Source of the DNA: Thermoplasmata archaeon
GTDB taxonomy: Archaea > Thermoplasmatota > Thermoplasmata > Thermoplasmatales > ARK-15
Assembly (NCBI GenBank): GCA_039794005.1
Contig: JBAMMA010000012.1
Location: 1 to 60,901, forward strand
DNA: 60,901 bases
Reading direction: 5' to 3'
A program made the translations under genes and the position numbers. Shown here in pieces: positions 1 through 11,200 of the stretch. The first letter of the stretch is position 1, and every line of letters starts with the position of its first letter. The notes beneath the pieces are model-generated. The model had not been told where the DNA came from and searched no databases. It saw only the letters and a program-made list of their open reading frames with translations.

Positions 1-26
1 CTGATGATATAGATTATTGGTTAAAA

Positions 27-53
27 CTTCCATACTCACTAGTACTTCGGAAC
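27..53 (-). CRISPR. Probable terminal (leader-proximal) CRISPR repeat; array likely continues beyond the left window edge, with 1-26 as a partial spacer
   Basis: CTTCCATACTCACTAGTACTTCGGAAC closely resembles Thermoplasma/Picrophilus-type repeats as I recall them (CTTCCATACT..CTAGTA..TC..AAC). The minus strand reads GTTCC...TGGAAG and is preceded by a long AT-rich non-coding stretch. Only one copy is visible. Confidence 0.6.
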
Positions 54-260
54 CCCGTTTTTCAAAATTAAATGGAAAATTAGATATTTAAAGTTTTTTT
101 ATTAAAATTTCATTTTTATTCATCAAAATATTATTTTATTATGAATAAATTTATAGATAATATTAATAAAACAAGTTTTCCATTCAATAAAAATAAAAAT
201 TTTCGGACATCGATTTTTTCACCAAAGTATATAAAGATGTTCGAATTATTTCATTTAAAA
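54..260 (-). promoter_or_regulatory. Putative CRISPR leader with TATA-like TTTATATA (228-235, minus strand)
   Basis: ORF-free AT-rich sequence abutting the repeat; the minus strand ends ...TTTGAAAAACGGG immediately before the repeat. Confidence 0.4.
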
Positions 261-1235
261 AATAAAATTAATTCTATTATTAATCATATTCCATTATATC
301 TTTTCATTTAAATACTAGATTTTGATTCGTATATAATTACTGAATCATTTTATATAATTATTCTATCATTACCTATTTTTATAATTTAACCACCATAAGA
401 AATTTTTTTCTTTAAATATTTATTTTTATTATCTTACTAGAAACATCCAATATAATGAACTAACATCATGTAAAAATCTATTTTTCTATTTTCAATGATT
501 TATACTTCCCCCATTCTAATGCTTTTTCTATTTTTAATATTCTTTTGGGATTCATTACAACAGAATAATCTATATAGATTTTAGAAGAAAAAAGTGGATT
601 GCTCATACTAGGATTTAATAATAAAACACTCAAATTCTGTTATGATGTACATAAATCTTTACACCATTTTATCTTTGTTCTATATTAATCCTTGAAGATA
701 AATGATGCTTGAATAGACAAATTCGCAATTAATGATAGATAATGTAAAAAATATTCATAATAAATGAGGTAATAAAAACTATTTTAATATATAGAGGTAA
801 TAAAATACATCGAAATATTCTAAAAAATTTGTTTTAAATGAAATATTATTCTTTCCCTATATAGAAATTAAAGAACAAAAGAAAACAGTAATTATTTTTA
901 TACATTTAATACTATAAATATATGAAGAAAATGTATTATGTTCATCAGCAGATCATTAAAAATCACTATATATGAATCTAAAACAAATATTACAGAAATT
1001 TAAAAAGGGATAAACATCAAATATTAAATTTGGCTCAATGTGAATATTGGAGATTCAAAGTTTATTAAATTAAACTGTTTATATAAGGCCTCAAAAATGA
1101 TATTAAAAGAAACATTACTTTTAAATGTATCTCATTTTTGATGGAAAGATAACAACATTAAAATCATAAGCTACATCTTAAGAATATCAACATAAAAAAG
1201 GAAAACAATTATAAGCATAATCAAGATTCTTTAAC

Positions 1236-1598
1236 ATGGACTCCGAAACAAATATAGAAAATTTAAAAAATATTGTAAAAAAATTTTGTGAAGAAAGGGA
1301 CTGGGATAGATTTCACAATCCAAAAGATCTATCTATAGGTATTGTTACCGAAGCTTCCGAGCTTTTATCAATCTTTAGATTTTTAAATAATGATGAATCT
1401 GTAAATATATTGAATATAAAAAACAAGAGGGAGATGATAGAGGAGGAGCTTTCAGATGTTCTTTTTTTCATATTAAGGTTTTCACAAAAATACGATATTG
1501 ATTTATCAGAAGCATTTATCAAAAAAATGAAAAAGAATGAAGAAAAATATCCTGCAGAAAAATTCAGAGGCATTAATAAAAAGTATAATGAGGTGTAA
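1236..1598 (+). CDS. MazG-like all-alpha nucleotide pyrophosphohydrolase (dCTP pyrophosphatase-like)
   Basis: ERDWxxFHNPKDL, EASELL, EELSDVL and KxxKNxxKYP motifs. Confidence 0.9.
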   Translation: MDSETNIENLKNIVKKFCEERDWDRFHNPKDLSIGIVTEASELLSIFRFLNNDESVNILNIKNKREMIEEELSDVLFFILRFSQKYDIDLSEAFIKKMKKNEEKYPAEKFRGINKKYNEV

Positions 1599-1600
1599 CG

Positions 1601-3022
1601 ATGTTATATAAAAGGGAAGACATAATTGAAGAAATAGAAAAGGGAGTTGATGTATTAATAATAGGTGGTGGTATTACCGGCGCCGGAATCCTTAACGCAC
1701 TGTCCAAATCTAAATTAAAAATATGCCTCCTTGAGGCTCGGGATTATTCTATTGGGACCAGCAGCAGATCTTCAAAATTGATACATGGAGGTTTAAGATA
1801 TCTGGCAAATCTTCAATTCTCTGTGGTTAAAGATTCAGTAAGGGAAAGGGATTTTCTTTTAAAAAATAGCAGAATAGTTGAAAAGGAAGATTTTTTGATT
1901 CCTCTGGATAAATATTCATGGAATAGATTAGAACTTATGCTAGGAATGAAGATATATTCCTATTTTTCTAAGAATATTAAGGCAACCTGGCATACAAAAG
2001 AGGAGATAATAAAAAATTTTCCATATTTTTCAAACATGGATTTTAATGGTGGTTACATATATGCAGAGGGGATCGTTGATGATTCAAGGCTCGTTTTAGA
2101 CAACATAATGAATGCCAGGATGAATGGCGCACTATCCTTAAATTATGCAAAAGTTACAAATATTGATTATTCAAATAATCATTATACAATTGAATTTAAA
2201 GATATTTTAAACAACAAGATACATTATACAAAGTCAAAAATTGTAATAAATGCATCCGGAATCTGGGTAGACGATATTTTTAACATATTGTCTAATAAAT
2301 TTCATGAGATGAAAGAATATTCATCAATGTTAAAATTGAGCAAGGGAGACCATATAATAATCAAAAGGGATTTATTTCCCCCAAATCTTGCCTTGGCCTT
2401 AAGGTCCTCTATAGATAGAAGGCAGGTATTTATAATCCCGAGGGGAGATGTGGTAATAATTGGGACAACAGAAACAAAATATGACGGCGATAAGGAAAAT
2501 CCAAGGCCATCAGAAGAAGAAATAGATTATCTCATAAAGTCAGTATCAAGATACTTGAAATTAAAGAGGGAGGATATAATAAATGCATATTCAGGAATTA
2601 GGCCACTTTTTGGGAAAGGTGAAGATTTGGGTAAAATAAGCAGAGAATATAAAATAATTAAAAAAGATGGTATAATCAACGTTGTTGGTGGAAAATTAAC
2701 CACATACAGAACAGTTGCATTTAAAATATTGGATTTGATAGAAAAAGAGCTTTCAATTAAAGTAAAAAAAGAGATTGAACTTAACTACAGGCCAAAATTT
2801 GAATTAATAGATGAAGGTGACTTTGACATTCAAAGGTTCAAATATTATGTTGAATATGAACAGGCTTATCACATTGAAGACATACTATGGAGAAGGGAGA
2901 ACCATTTCACATTTTCAAAAGATTCAGGATTATCTAAGTTAGACAAGGCATGGGATGCCGTTAAATTTGTAAACAGAGATGAAGGTGAAAAAGAAAAGTA
3001 CATGAAATCTATATATAGGTAA
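1601..3022 (+). CDS. glpD: FAD-dependent glycerol-3-phosphate dehydrogenase/oxidase
   Basis: GGGITG FAD motif; GTSSRSSKLIHGGLRYL signature; GIRPL; GGKLTTYR. Confidence 0.92.
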   Translation: MLYKREDIIEEIEKGVDVLIIGGGITGAGILNALSKSKLKICLLEARDYSIGTSSRSSKLIHGGLRYLANLQFSVVKDSVRERDFLLKNSRIVEKEDFLIPLDKYSWNRLELMLGMKIYSYFSKNIKATWHTKEEIIKNFPYFSNMDFNGGYIYAEGIVDDSRLVLDNIMNARMNGALSLNYAKVTNIDYSNNHYTIEFKDILNNKIHYTKSKIVINASGIWVDDIFNILSNKFHEMKEYSSMLKLSKGDHIIIKRDLFPPNLALALRSSIDRRQVFIIPRGDVVIIGTTETKYDGDKENPRPSEEEIDYLIKSVSRYLKLKREDIINAYSGIRPLFGKGEDLGKISREYKIIKKDGIINVVGGKLTTYRTVAFKILDLIEKELSIKVKKEIELNYRPKFELIDEGDFDIQRFKYYVEYEQAYHIEDILWRRENHFTFSKDSGLSKLDKAWDAVKFVNRDEGEKEKYMKSIYR

Positions 3023-3908
3023 AAAGAAAGCCAAATAAAATTCCGAGCAGTGGTGAAATTATCCATACGACAAAAATTTTTTTCAATGGCTTTAAGTTAA
3101 ATATTTTTGTTTTTAAAGCATATCCAGAACCAACAATTCCAAGTGTCATTGTTTGAGTATTTGACAGTGGAATCCCAAATATGGTGGCAATTTCAACCAA
3201 TATTGATGAAATAATACTGGAAATAAGACCCGTTGAATACCTCATGAGATAGAATTCAAAACCTATTCTTCTGAGCACGCTTTCACTAAGGAAATATGAA
3301 CCAATTATTATAGATATTGAAAAAAGTATGAAATTCATAGTTGAAAATCCTGCTATTGAATATAATAAACCCAGTGTATTTTCACCCAACGTAAATGAAG
3401 AAAAAAATGAGAAAATTATTATCAACATTTTTATTGTTTTTAATCCTCTCCATATATTTTTTATCTTTAGCACATTGTAAAATTTCATTAAAATATATGA
3501 AAGATAAAATCCGCTTAAAGGTGCAATTATCCACATTATTATTATTTTAATTTCCAAGGTTGAAAAAATTCCCTTTGATAATGTATATCCAAAGCCAATA
3601 CCGGTTAAAACCATTGTTAGAGACAAGGGTGCCCTTGCAATCTGAGCAATAATGAATATCAAAATTGTAGCACTGATGCCCAAAAGAATATACATGTTTG
3701 ATTGAGGAAATAGGGATTTAAATGTGACGTTCATGAATTTTGAACCGAAGTAAAGTCCCAGAATGAAACCAAACGCTCCGAATAATTTTGAAAAATCCTT
3801 TTTCAATGTATTCGATCCCACCAGAGGACCTATTGCAATAGACATGTTGTTTCCTGAAACTATTGATGTGAGTATTAACAGTTCAATTAAGATTATAATT
3901 GAAATCAA
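3009..3908 (-). CDS. Inorganic phosphate transporter, PiT family
   Basis: SGNN/GEN and PLSLT/PLSNTQ duplicated PiT motifs, many TM helices; GGTGA RBS before TTG. Confidence 0.85.
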   Translation of the reverse strand: MISIIILIELLILTSIVSGNNMSIAIGPLVGSNTLKKDFSKLFGAFGFILGLYFGSKFMNVTFKSLFPQSNMYILLGISATILIFIIAQIARAPLSLTMVLTGIGFGYTLSKGIFSTLEIKIIIMWIIAPLSGFYLSYILMKFYNVLKIKNIWRGLKTIKMLIIIFSFFSSFTLGENTLGLLYSIAGFSTMNFILFSISIIIGSYFLSESVLRRIGFEFYLMRYSTGLISSIISSILVEIATIFGIPLSNTQTMTLGIVGSGYALKTKIFNLKPLKKIFVVWIISPLLGILFGFLFTYI

Positions 3909-4077
3909 ATTATCACCTTTTTAGCATTAATTAAAAATTCACTATTTTTATTTTTCAATAAAATATTCAGAGGTAAAGAAAATTAAAATTATATTTCAAA
4001 AGATCTAGAAATTACCAAAATGAAATATATTCTTTTATATTTATTATAAACAGAATCAGTATGGAGGTAATAAAAAC

Positions 4078-4689
4078 ATGAACATAGGTATTTTAGTCTC
4101 TGGAAGGGGAACAAACATGGAATCCATAATAGAGGCATCAGAGAAAGGTCTGATAAAATCAAAAGTTTCGGTAGTCATATCAAACAAAAAGGACGCGTTG
4201 GCATTATCAAAGGCAAAAAAACATGGAATTCAATCCATATACGTATCTCCAAAGAATAAAAGCAATGAAGAATACGATAAGGAAATAATAAAAATCTTGG
4301 ATGAATATGATGTAGATTTTGTGGTTTTAGCCGGTTACTTGAGAATATTATCATCCGTTTTCATAAATAAATATCCCATGAAAATAATAAACGTACATCC
4401 ATCTCTATTGCCATGCTTTGGTGGAAAAGGTTTTTATGGTGAGCATGTTCACAGGGCAGTCCTGGAATCGGGGATGAAATTTTCAGGTTGCACCGTCCAT
4501 TTCGTTACAGATGAAGTTGATAATGGACCCATAATATTACAAAAGTGTGTTGAAATATTGGATAGCGATACACCAGAAACCCTCGCCGAAAGAATATTGC
4601 CAAAGGAGCATGAAGCATTAATAGAGGCAATTTCTTTAATAGAGAACGATAAAATAGAAATTCAAGGGAAGAGGGTATTGATAAAATAG
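4078..4689 (+). CDS. purN: Phosphoribosylglycinamide formyltransferase
   Basis: SGRGTN, LAGYLRIL, NVHPSLLP, GCTVHFV..VDNGPII; GGAGG RBS. Confidence 0.96.
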   Translation: MNIGILVSGRGTNMESIIEASEKGLIKSKVSVVISNKKDALALSKAKKHGIQSIYVSPKNKSNEEYDKEIIKILDEYDVDFVVLAGYLRILSSVFINKYPMKIINVHPSLLPCFGGKGFYGEHVHRAVLESGMKFSGCTVHFVTDEVDNGPIILQKCVEILDSDTPETLAERILPKEHEALIEAISLIENDKIEIQGKRVLIK

Positions 4690-4690
4690 A

Positions 4691-5113
4691 TTAAGGTGGT
4701 ACTACCAAAACAGGTTTTGAAGACTCAGAAATTATTGTCTGGCTAACGCTACCCATAATTAATTTTTCTATACCTTTTAATTTTCTTGTTCCAGTTACAA
4801 TAACGTCGACATTTTCTTCATTTGCATATTTTACAATAGCCGAGCCGATTGTCAACCTCTCGGGAATAATGTATGTAAACCTTTCATTATAATTCTCGAA
4901 TATTGCTTTGAAGAGGTCCCTTAAATAATAGATCAAATTTTCCAAGGTGTCGAATGTTATTTCTCCTTCAAACATTTCATATTCTGCGGGAAAGTCAGTT
5001 TTTGTAAAAATGAATAATCCTATAACATTATCATCCTTTTTAAGTATTTTTTTAAGGAATTCTGAGGCAGCAACGGAACCTGCAGAGCCATCAAATGCTA
5101 CTAGATAATTCAT
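4691..5113 (-). CDS. Universal stress protein (UspA family)
   Basis: LVAFDGS, DVIVTGTR..., MGSVS, PVLVVP. Confidence 0.92.
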   Translation of the reverse strand: MNYLVAFDGSAGSVAASEFLKKILKKDDNVIGLFIFTKTDFPAEYEMFEGEITFDTLENLIYYLRDLFKAIFENYNERFTYIIPERLTIGSAIVKYANEENVDVIVTGTRKLKGIEKLIMGSVSQTIISESSKPVLVVPP

Positions 5114-5147
5114 AATTATTAATAAAGGGAAAAAATAATTTAAAATT

Positions 5148-6347
5148 TTACATGTCCAAAGATATATTTATTGTTTCAATTCCCCTGATATACCAGATAT
5201 ATGCCGCCATAAGGCCAATTAACCAGAGAACTATGTTGATGGTAATAAATTCCTGAATATTCAAATATATGGATACATAAAGCATGATGATGTAAATCGT
5301 TATCGGCAAAATTCTAACTGTTGCAATTCCTCTAGATCTATTTAGGGTTTCAAACAATTCCGGTTCCAAGTTTGTTCTTGATATCCATGCGAATTCTGAA
5401 AATACCATATTTATCATCAAAATCATTAAAAATACTGTAAAATTATTTATAAAGAAAAGTAAGATCAAAATTGACAAAAATCCAAATGAGAATGAAATCA
5501 ATGTAAACAATTTCTTACCCAATTTTATTACAGGAAGAGATATAAATCCTCCGATTGTTGCACCGAGCATTGCATATAAAATTATCATGCCTGTCTGGTT
5601 TGGATAGAAATAAGGACCTATGGTAATTGCTAAAAGCCAAAAGCTCATGTATTGCGAAACACCTAATAATATCAAAATTATGTAAATTAATCTTTTAGGA
5701 GGAAGATTTACTTTAACTCCATCATCAACAATTTTTAATTCATTCTTTACGATTTCAGAATCCTTTTCTTTACCGACCCTTTTCAGCCATAGGTAAGATT
5801 CAGGTATATAAATTCTCACAATAAGCAAGATGAAAGATCCCAATATTGATATTAAAATGAAAGGAAATCTTTGCGCATTTTCACTTGCAAATATTGGTAA
5901 AAGTGTTAAATATGCTAAAACGAGACCTCCTAAATTGAACATGTTTGGCACCAACGTCAACGTATATTTCCTTTCTGAGGGTTCGAAATTTTCAGACAAT
6001 ATAGACAATGCTGGAGGTTCTTCCCCACCAATTCCAAAATTAGATAATATTAGGCCTATTTCAAAAATTATGAAATTTATTGATATATAAATTATAAGGG
6101 AACCCAATATGTATAATGATATTGATAAAATAAAAATTCTTTTTCTTCCATATATATCAGCAAGATATCCCATTATGTAATTCCCAATTAACATAAAAAG
6201 TGGTCCCGTTATCAATGCGATTGTGTAATAAAATTTGTTATTGCTGAATATGGACCAGGAAGTGGCCAGGGGGGCCAGGGATGCTATAACACCCCAGAGA
6301 AAAAATCCTCCAGAAGTTGATAAAATTATGTACCATTTTTTGTTCAT
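5148..6347 (-). CDS. MFS transporter
   Basis: GYLADIYGRK motif A, PES motif, about 12 TM helices; ATG at 6347 preferred over TTG at 6359. Confidence 0.88.
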   Translation of the reverse strand: MNKKWYIILSTSGGFFLWGVIASLAPLATSWSIFSNNKFYYTIALITGPLFMLIGNYIMGYLADIYGRKRIFILSISLYILGSLIIYISINFIIFEIGLILSNFGIGGEEPPALSILSENFEPSERKYTLTLVPNMFNLGGLVLAYLTLLPIFASENAQRFPFILISILGSFILLIVRIYIPESYLWLKRVGKEKDSEIVKNELKIVDDGVKVNLPPKRLIYIILILLGVSQYMSFWLLAITIGPYFYPNQTGMIILYAMLGATIGGFISLPVIKLGKKLFTLISFSFGFLSILILLFFINNFTVFLMILMINMVFSEFAWISRTNLEPELFETLNRSRGIATVRILPITIYIIMLYVSIYLNIQEFITINIVLWLIGLMAAYIWYIRGIETINISLDM

Positions 6348-6417
6348 GTTATTGTTCAATGTGCAATATTAATAAAATTGTTTTTAAATTTATTTTATAT
6401 TATAAAATTTATAAATA

Positions 6418-6789
6418 TTAATCATAATTTTTTATGTTTTTAATGTAATTGTTATGGTATTTAATGATATCATCATATTTTGAATAGGAAATCAAAAGAA
6501 ATATTCCAGGCAGAACTAGACCGAATATAAAACCCAGGACCAGGTATTGAAGTGTCATTGATCTTGACTTTTCATATTCTTTTTTAGCAAGAAAATCCTT
6601 TATTTTTAATACTTTTATTGCAGAAATAATATCAATTATACCTATAAGTATGGGTATAATGCCAATAAATATGAATATGTAAATCAAGCCATAAAATATT
6701 AAAAATATGCCGATTACTATGAATATCATTGAAGAAATAAAATTCATCGTCTTTACCATCTCAATATGAGGTGGATTGTATCTATACAT
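6418..6789 (-). CDS. Hypothetical membrane protein
   Basis: 123-aa ORF with about 3 hydrophobic segments. Confidence 0.65.
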   Translation of the reverse strand: MYRYNPPHIEMVKTMNFISSMIFIVIGIFLIFYGLIYIFIFIGIIPILIGIIDIISAIKVLKIKDFLAKKEYEKSRSMTLQYLVLGFIFGLVLPGIFLLISYSKYDDIIKYHNNYIKNIKNYD

Positions 6790-6821
6790 TGTATTTTAAA
6801 AATAAAAATTCTTATAAATAT

Positions 6822-8273
6822 TTAATTGAATTTTTTCTTAACTTCAACGGCTTTTCCTTTCCTGAATGTTTTAATATCTTCTGATGATATTAAACTCTCA
6901 CCAATGCCAATTATATCATTATCTTTTAAAATTGCAACGATATCTCCAATCCTGAAATCATTTGAAGATTCAATGATTCCCGGAATGTAGATTATACCCT
7001 TTGGTTCAAAGTCTATTTTGATATAATAAATATTATTTTCATATAATGTTTCTGAGGCCAATTTCATGGGATATATCTTTCCAATATTTTTGTTAAATCT
7101 TAAAAATTCTTCTTCATCAAAAATAAATATATCGTCTTGAATGAATTTTACCCTCTTTCCAGACATTTCAAATTTTACCCCAAATTGATATGATGATATT
7201 GAATTAATATCCTCCTGAATTAAAGGTTTTTTAGAGCATCCATCAACTGTTTTTTTAAACCAATTTTTAGCCTCATCAGAATGCAAATTTCCAAAATAAT
7301 ATTCTATATTCTCATCATCAAAAATATCTTTCAAAAATCCTAGATCTTCATTCAAAAATGCATATTTTTTGTTATATTTATTTATTTTCAAATATCTTTT
7401 TACCATTTCTATCAACATAAATTTTTCATCCTCATACCATCTTCCAGTTACCGGAACATCATAACTCTGTGCCGGAAACGTATTTTCCAATTCTCTAGGA
7501 ACAATGCCCAGAGGTGATGTTAAAATTACCTCATGGAAATATGAATTTGTTGATTCTATTAATTTTTTATAATACCTATGGCTTTTTGATTTTGAATATG
7601 GTTTAACTGCAGAGCATGGTAAAAATAGCAGACAATCCCTTCCATCCGGTTTTCTGTACCTTTCAATGATCCTTTTCCTCCACCTTTCCACCTCTGGTCT
7701 AAATAAGCTTTCAAAATGAGATGCATTCAACCATTTACCACTAACGGGATAATACTTTTCCAATTCTTCATGATAATTAAAATCCAATAATCTTAAAACG
7801 GTCTTTGAAAATGTGTTCGGAATACTCTCAACCAAAGTCCTCAATCTATTTTCTTTAATAGCCTTTATAGAAATTTTATAATAATAATCAAACATTTTGG
7901 AATAATTTTCGTTCCACGAACCAATGAATTTTGGAAGTAAGTCGTCTATCATATCAACACCTAAATATAGGATTGAAGGTATTGTTTCAGCGTAAACCGA
8001 TGCAGGAAGATACAAAATTTTATCTTTATATTTCTTCCTTATTTCCATTATTGTTTTTACAAAATTTTCTGGGTCCTTGAATTTTGTAAAAGAACCTGGA
8101 ATAATTATGATATTCTCCTTTTCTAAAATTTTATTATTTATTTCTACATCAAACCTTTCATTTATTTTTGTATCATATTCATGCAATTCATCTTCTTTCA
8201 AATATTTTGGATATTCTTCACCATTAAAATTTAGAATTCTTGCTAGGCAATCCCTCTTTATTATTTCAATCAT
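6822..8273 (-). CDS. arcS: Archaeosine synthase ArcS (TgtA2) with C-terminal PUA domain
   Basis: LFLPCSAVKPYSKSKSH, TSPLGIVPRELE..P...YDVPVTG.W and PUA-like tail. Confidence 0.88.
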   Translation of the reverse strand: MIEIIKRDCLARILNFNGEEYPKYLKEDELHEYDTKINERFDVEINNKILEKENIIIIPGSFTKFKDPENFVKTIMEIRKKYKDKILYLPASVYAETIPSILYLGVDMIDDLLPKFIGSWNENYSKMFDYYYKISIKAIKENRLRTLVESIPNTFSKTVLRLLDFNYHEELEKYYPVSGKWLNASHFESLFRPEVERWRKRIIERYRKPDGRDCLLFLPCSAVKPYSKSKSHRYYKKLIESTNSYFHEVILTSPLGIVPRELENTFPAQSYDVPVTGRWYEDEKFMLIEMVKRYLKINKYNKKYAFLNEDLGFLKDIFDDENIEYYFGNLHSDEAKNWFKKTVDGCSKKPLIQEDINSISSYQFGVKFEMSGKRVKFIQDDIFIFDEEEFLRFNKNIGKIYPMKLASETLYENNIYYIKIDFEPKGIIYIPGIIESSNDFRIGDIVAILKDNDIIGIGESLISSEDIKTFRKGKAVEVKKKFN

Positions 8274-11200
8274 ATTTTCACATTTAAATTATAATCCTTA
8301 GTAGGTGCAAAATAGAACTTATTTCTACATTTAACACAAACTCCAATCTTCTTGGCGCAGTCATAGTGATAAGTATTTCCACATTTACTGCAAACCAAGA
8401 CCATTGAATTTGATTCTATAGGCCTTTTGCATATCTGACATTTTTCATTTCCAGTAGATTTTGTGATTTTAAATCCCCTATCGATTAAAGGCTTAAATTC
8501 TATCTCTTTTTCAAAATTGACTTTATTGTTTTTCTCTTCATATTCTCCTTTTAATTTTAAGACATTACCCTGTGAAACTTTTGTCTTTACGGTTGTAGAA
8601 TATTCACCTTTGGCTTTTATAGAATCTATAGAAATTTCAAACGGTTGAAGTGAACCTGATACATTCAATTTTAATTTATTTATGTCATTAATTTTATTAT
8701 TTTTAATGTTCAATTTAACAGGTACTTCCAACATCCCTAAAGTTATTGTTAGCCCTATATCTATATAATTTTGAGTATCCATCAAATTAACAATATTTTT
8801 CTCTTTCTCCAGATCTACATTTTCAACCTTTTTCTCCTTTATTTCAGGTTTACTTTCCATTTTAGTTTGTATAGATTTCACTTCCTGCTTTTTAACCAAT
8901 TCTTCTTTCTGTTTGGGTATTTCAATTATTTTGCTTTCCAGACCTCTTTTCTTATCCATTATATTTTTCTCAAGATTATCTAAAAGATCTTTTATAGTTG
9001 AAAAATCGGTTGAAAAATCAATGTTCAATAATATTTTCTTTTCATCAAACACATTTATATTTTTCTTGTCCAGTTCATTTATCATTTTCATTATTTTATC
9101 TATCCTATCTGAAAATATCTCTCTGTTTAAATCTATCAGATGTACTGAAATTTCAATGCCTATTATATTCTTCTCAAAATTTTTGAAATCCTTTTTATCG
9201 ATCAGATCCTTTAATAATTTCAATTTTTCAGAATCCTTAATCAACTTTGAGATATCGTTCAATTTTTCGTTTAATTTCTTAACAATATCATTCAATATCT
9301 TTTCTTTATAATTTAATGTTAATGAATTCAGTTCATCTGGTGGAATTATTGCAACCTTCACGCTATATTCCAAAGTCTCAGAAATGGCGTAATCTGGCAT
9401 TGGATGGTACAAAATATTTGTCGATATATATACGAAAATATCTCTAACATAATCTATCAAATATTTTGTCAATTCTTTATAATGCTTATATTCTATTAAA
9501 TTAAATATATCCGCTATCATTTGATAATTTCTTTTATTCCATAAATATAACAGGTAATTGACATCCTCTGGAGAGGTCTTAACGTTATTTGATATGAATT
9601 TGATCTGCTCCAACCTCTCTTTAAAAATATTAAATATATTTACATTTACAACCTTCTCTAAATCTCCATTTGTCTGTTTAAATTCAATTATTAAATAATT
9701 AAGATTTTCAATGTCCTCCAATTTTAATAGGGATGATATGATTTTTGATGTTATTTCATTTATTTTATTATATACTTCATCAATGTTTAAATTGAAAATT
9801 TTTGATATTGCATAAATATGCTTTGAAGTAATTTGTGAACCTGCAATTATTTTTTCTATTGATGCATTAATTAAATCGATAGTAAATTCAAGTATTTCAA
9901 TCGATTCATCAATTTTTCCTGCTTGAAACGCATTTCTTGAATCCTGATACATCTTTATTGCCTTATCCACCTTTGCCCCCACCGAGGTCGCAATATTTAT
10001 CTTAACCTTTAATGTCTCAATGTAATCTTTTAAGATTTTAATCTTCTTAGACAACTCCTCAAATTTATCAAGCATGTCTGACATTTCGATGATTGCTGCT
10101 GTATATTTGCCCCTATTCAAAAGCTGGTTAATCCTCTCAAAACCTGCAAGGAAATCCTTTGGCGGTTGAGATTCAAACCTTTTTATGGTCTCTTTCATTC
10201 TAAAAAATAGTTTTTCAGATACATTGCTCAGCATTTCTATATCCTTTATGTTTTCCAATGCCTCCAATGCCTGTTTGAACGCGTCCAATGGATTATCATA
10301 TCTTAAAGTTCTCTTAGCCGATGATATAAGGCCCTCCGCAACAATTGTGTTCATTGAACCCTTTTTCTCATTTATCTTTTTCTCCACATTATCCACAAAA
10401 TCTTTTACAACCTTTGTAATTTCATCATTAATCGTTAAATAATTTGTTTTATATAGTTCTTTGAATTTCTGAATATCTCCATTTTCAAGAGCTTTTTCAA
10501 GATTTTCAATAAATTCATAAGTCTTTGGAAGGTTTAAACCGACGTTTCTAAAAAATGAAATTTTATTATAGATATCATTAAGCATTTTTTTTGCATTGTC
10601 ATATTCAATTGCAATTTTTTCCACATCGCTTTTAATCTTTTGCAACGTATTGTAAGCTTTTAGATATTCGCCTTTACTGTAATAATCTATACTTTGATCC
10701 AAATTGTTCAATAAATAATTGATTTTGTATTTATTTAGCATCATTTTTACATCAAGCAACCTGTTAAATACAAAATTCCTGAATTCTAATAGTGTGCTTT
10801 CTACTTTATTATATAATTCTTCCAGTTTATCCAAATTTTCTTTATTTATTTTCAAATCGCCTGTCAATTCACTATATAGGCCTGTTTCTTGAATTATTGT
10901 CTGTAATGTTTTAATATTTTCCTCCAAATGGCTAAAAGATTGAGATGAGATTATAACATTAAATTCATCCAATATTTTATCTATACTATTTATCAAATTA
11001 TCTCCAGAATATTTGTTTAATATATTGTTATATATATTTTCATCCTTTATATAATTTTTTAATCTTTTATCGAACAAATTTTTTGCCGTTATGTATGTGA
11101 ACGTATTTTCAAATGAATTTATATATATTTCCTCTGTTTCCAGAATGAACTGTATTTTTGAAATTGTAATTTCATTCTCTTTCTTTATTTCATTCAAAAT

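Noticed and set aside
430-490. FLHDVSSLY as an IS1634-like transposase remnant
   Set aside because: Too short, with no other DDE motifs or terminal inverted repeats
260-1235. Replication origin
   Set aside because: AT-rich, but no ORB-like repeats with G-strings and no adjacent orc1/cdc6
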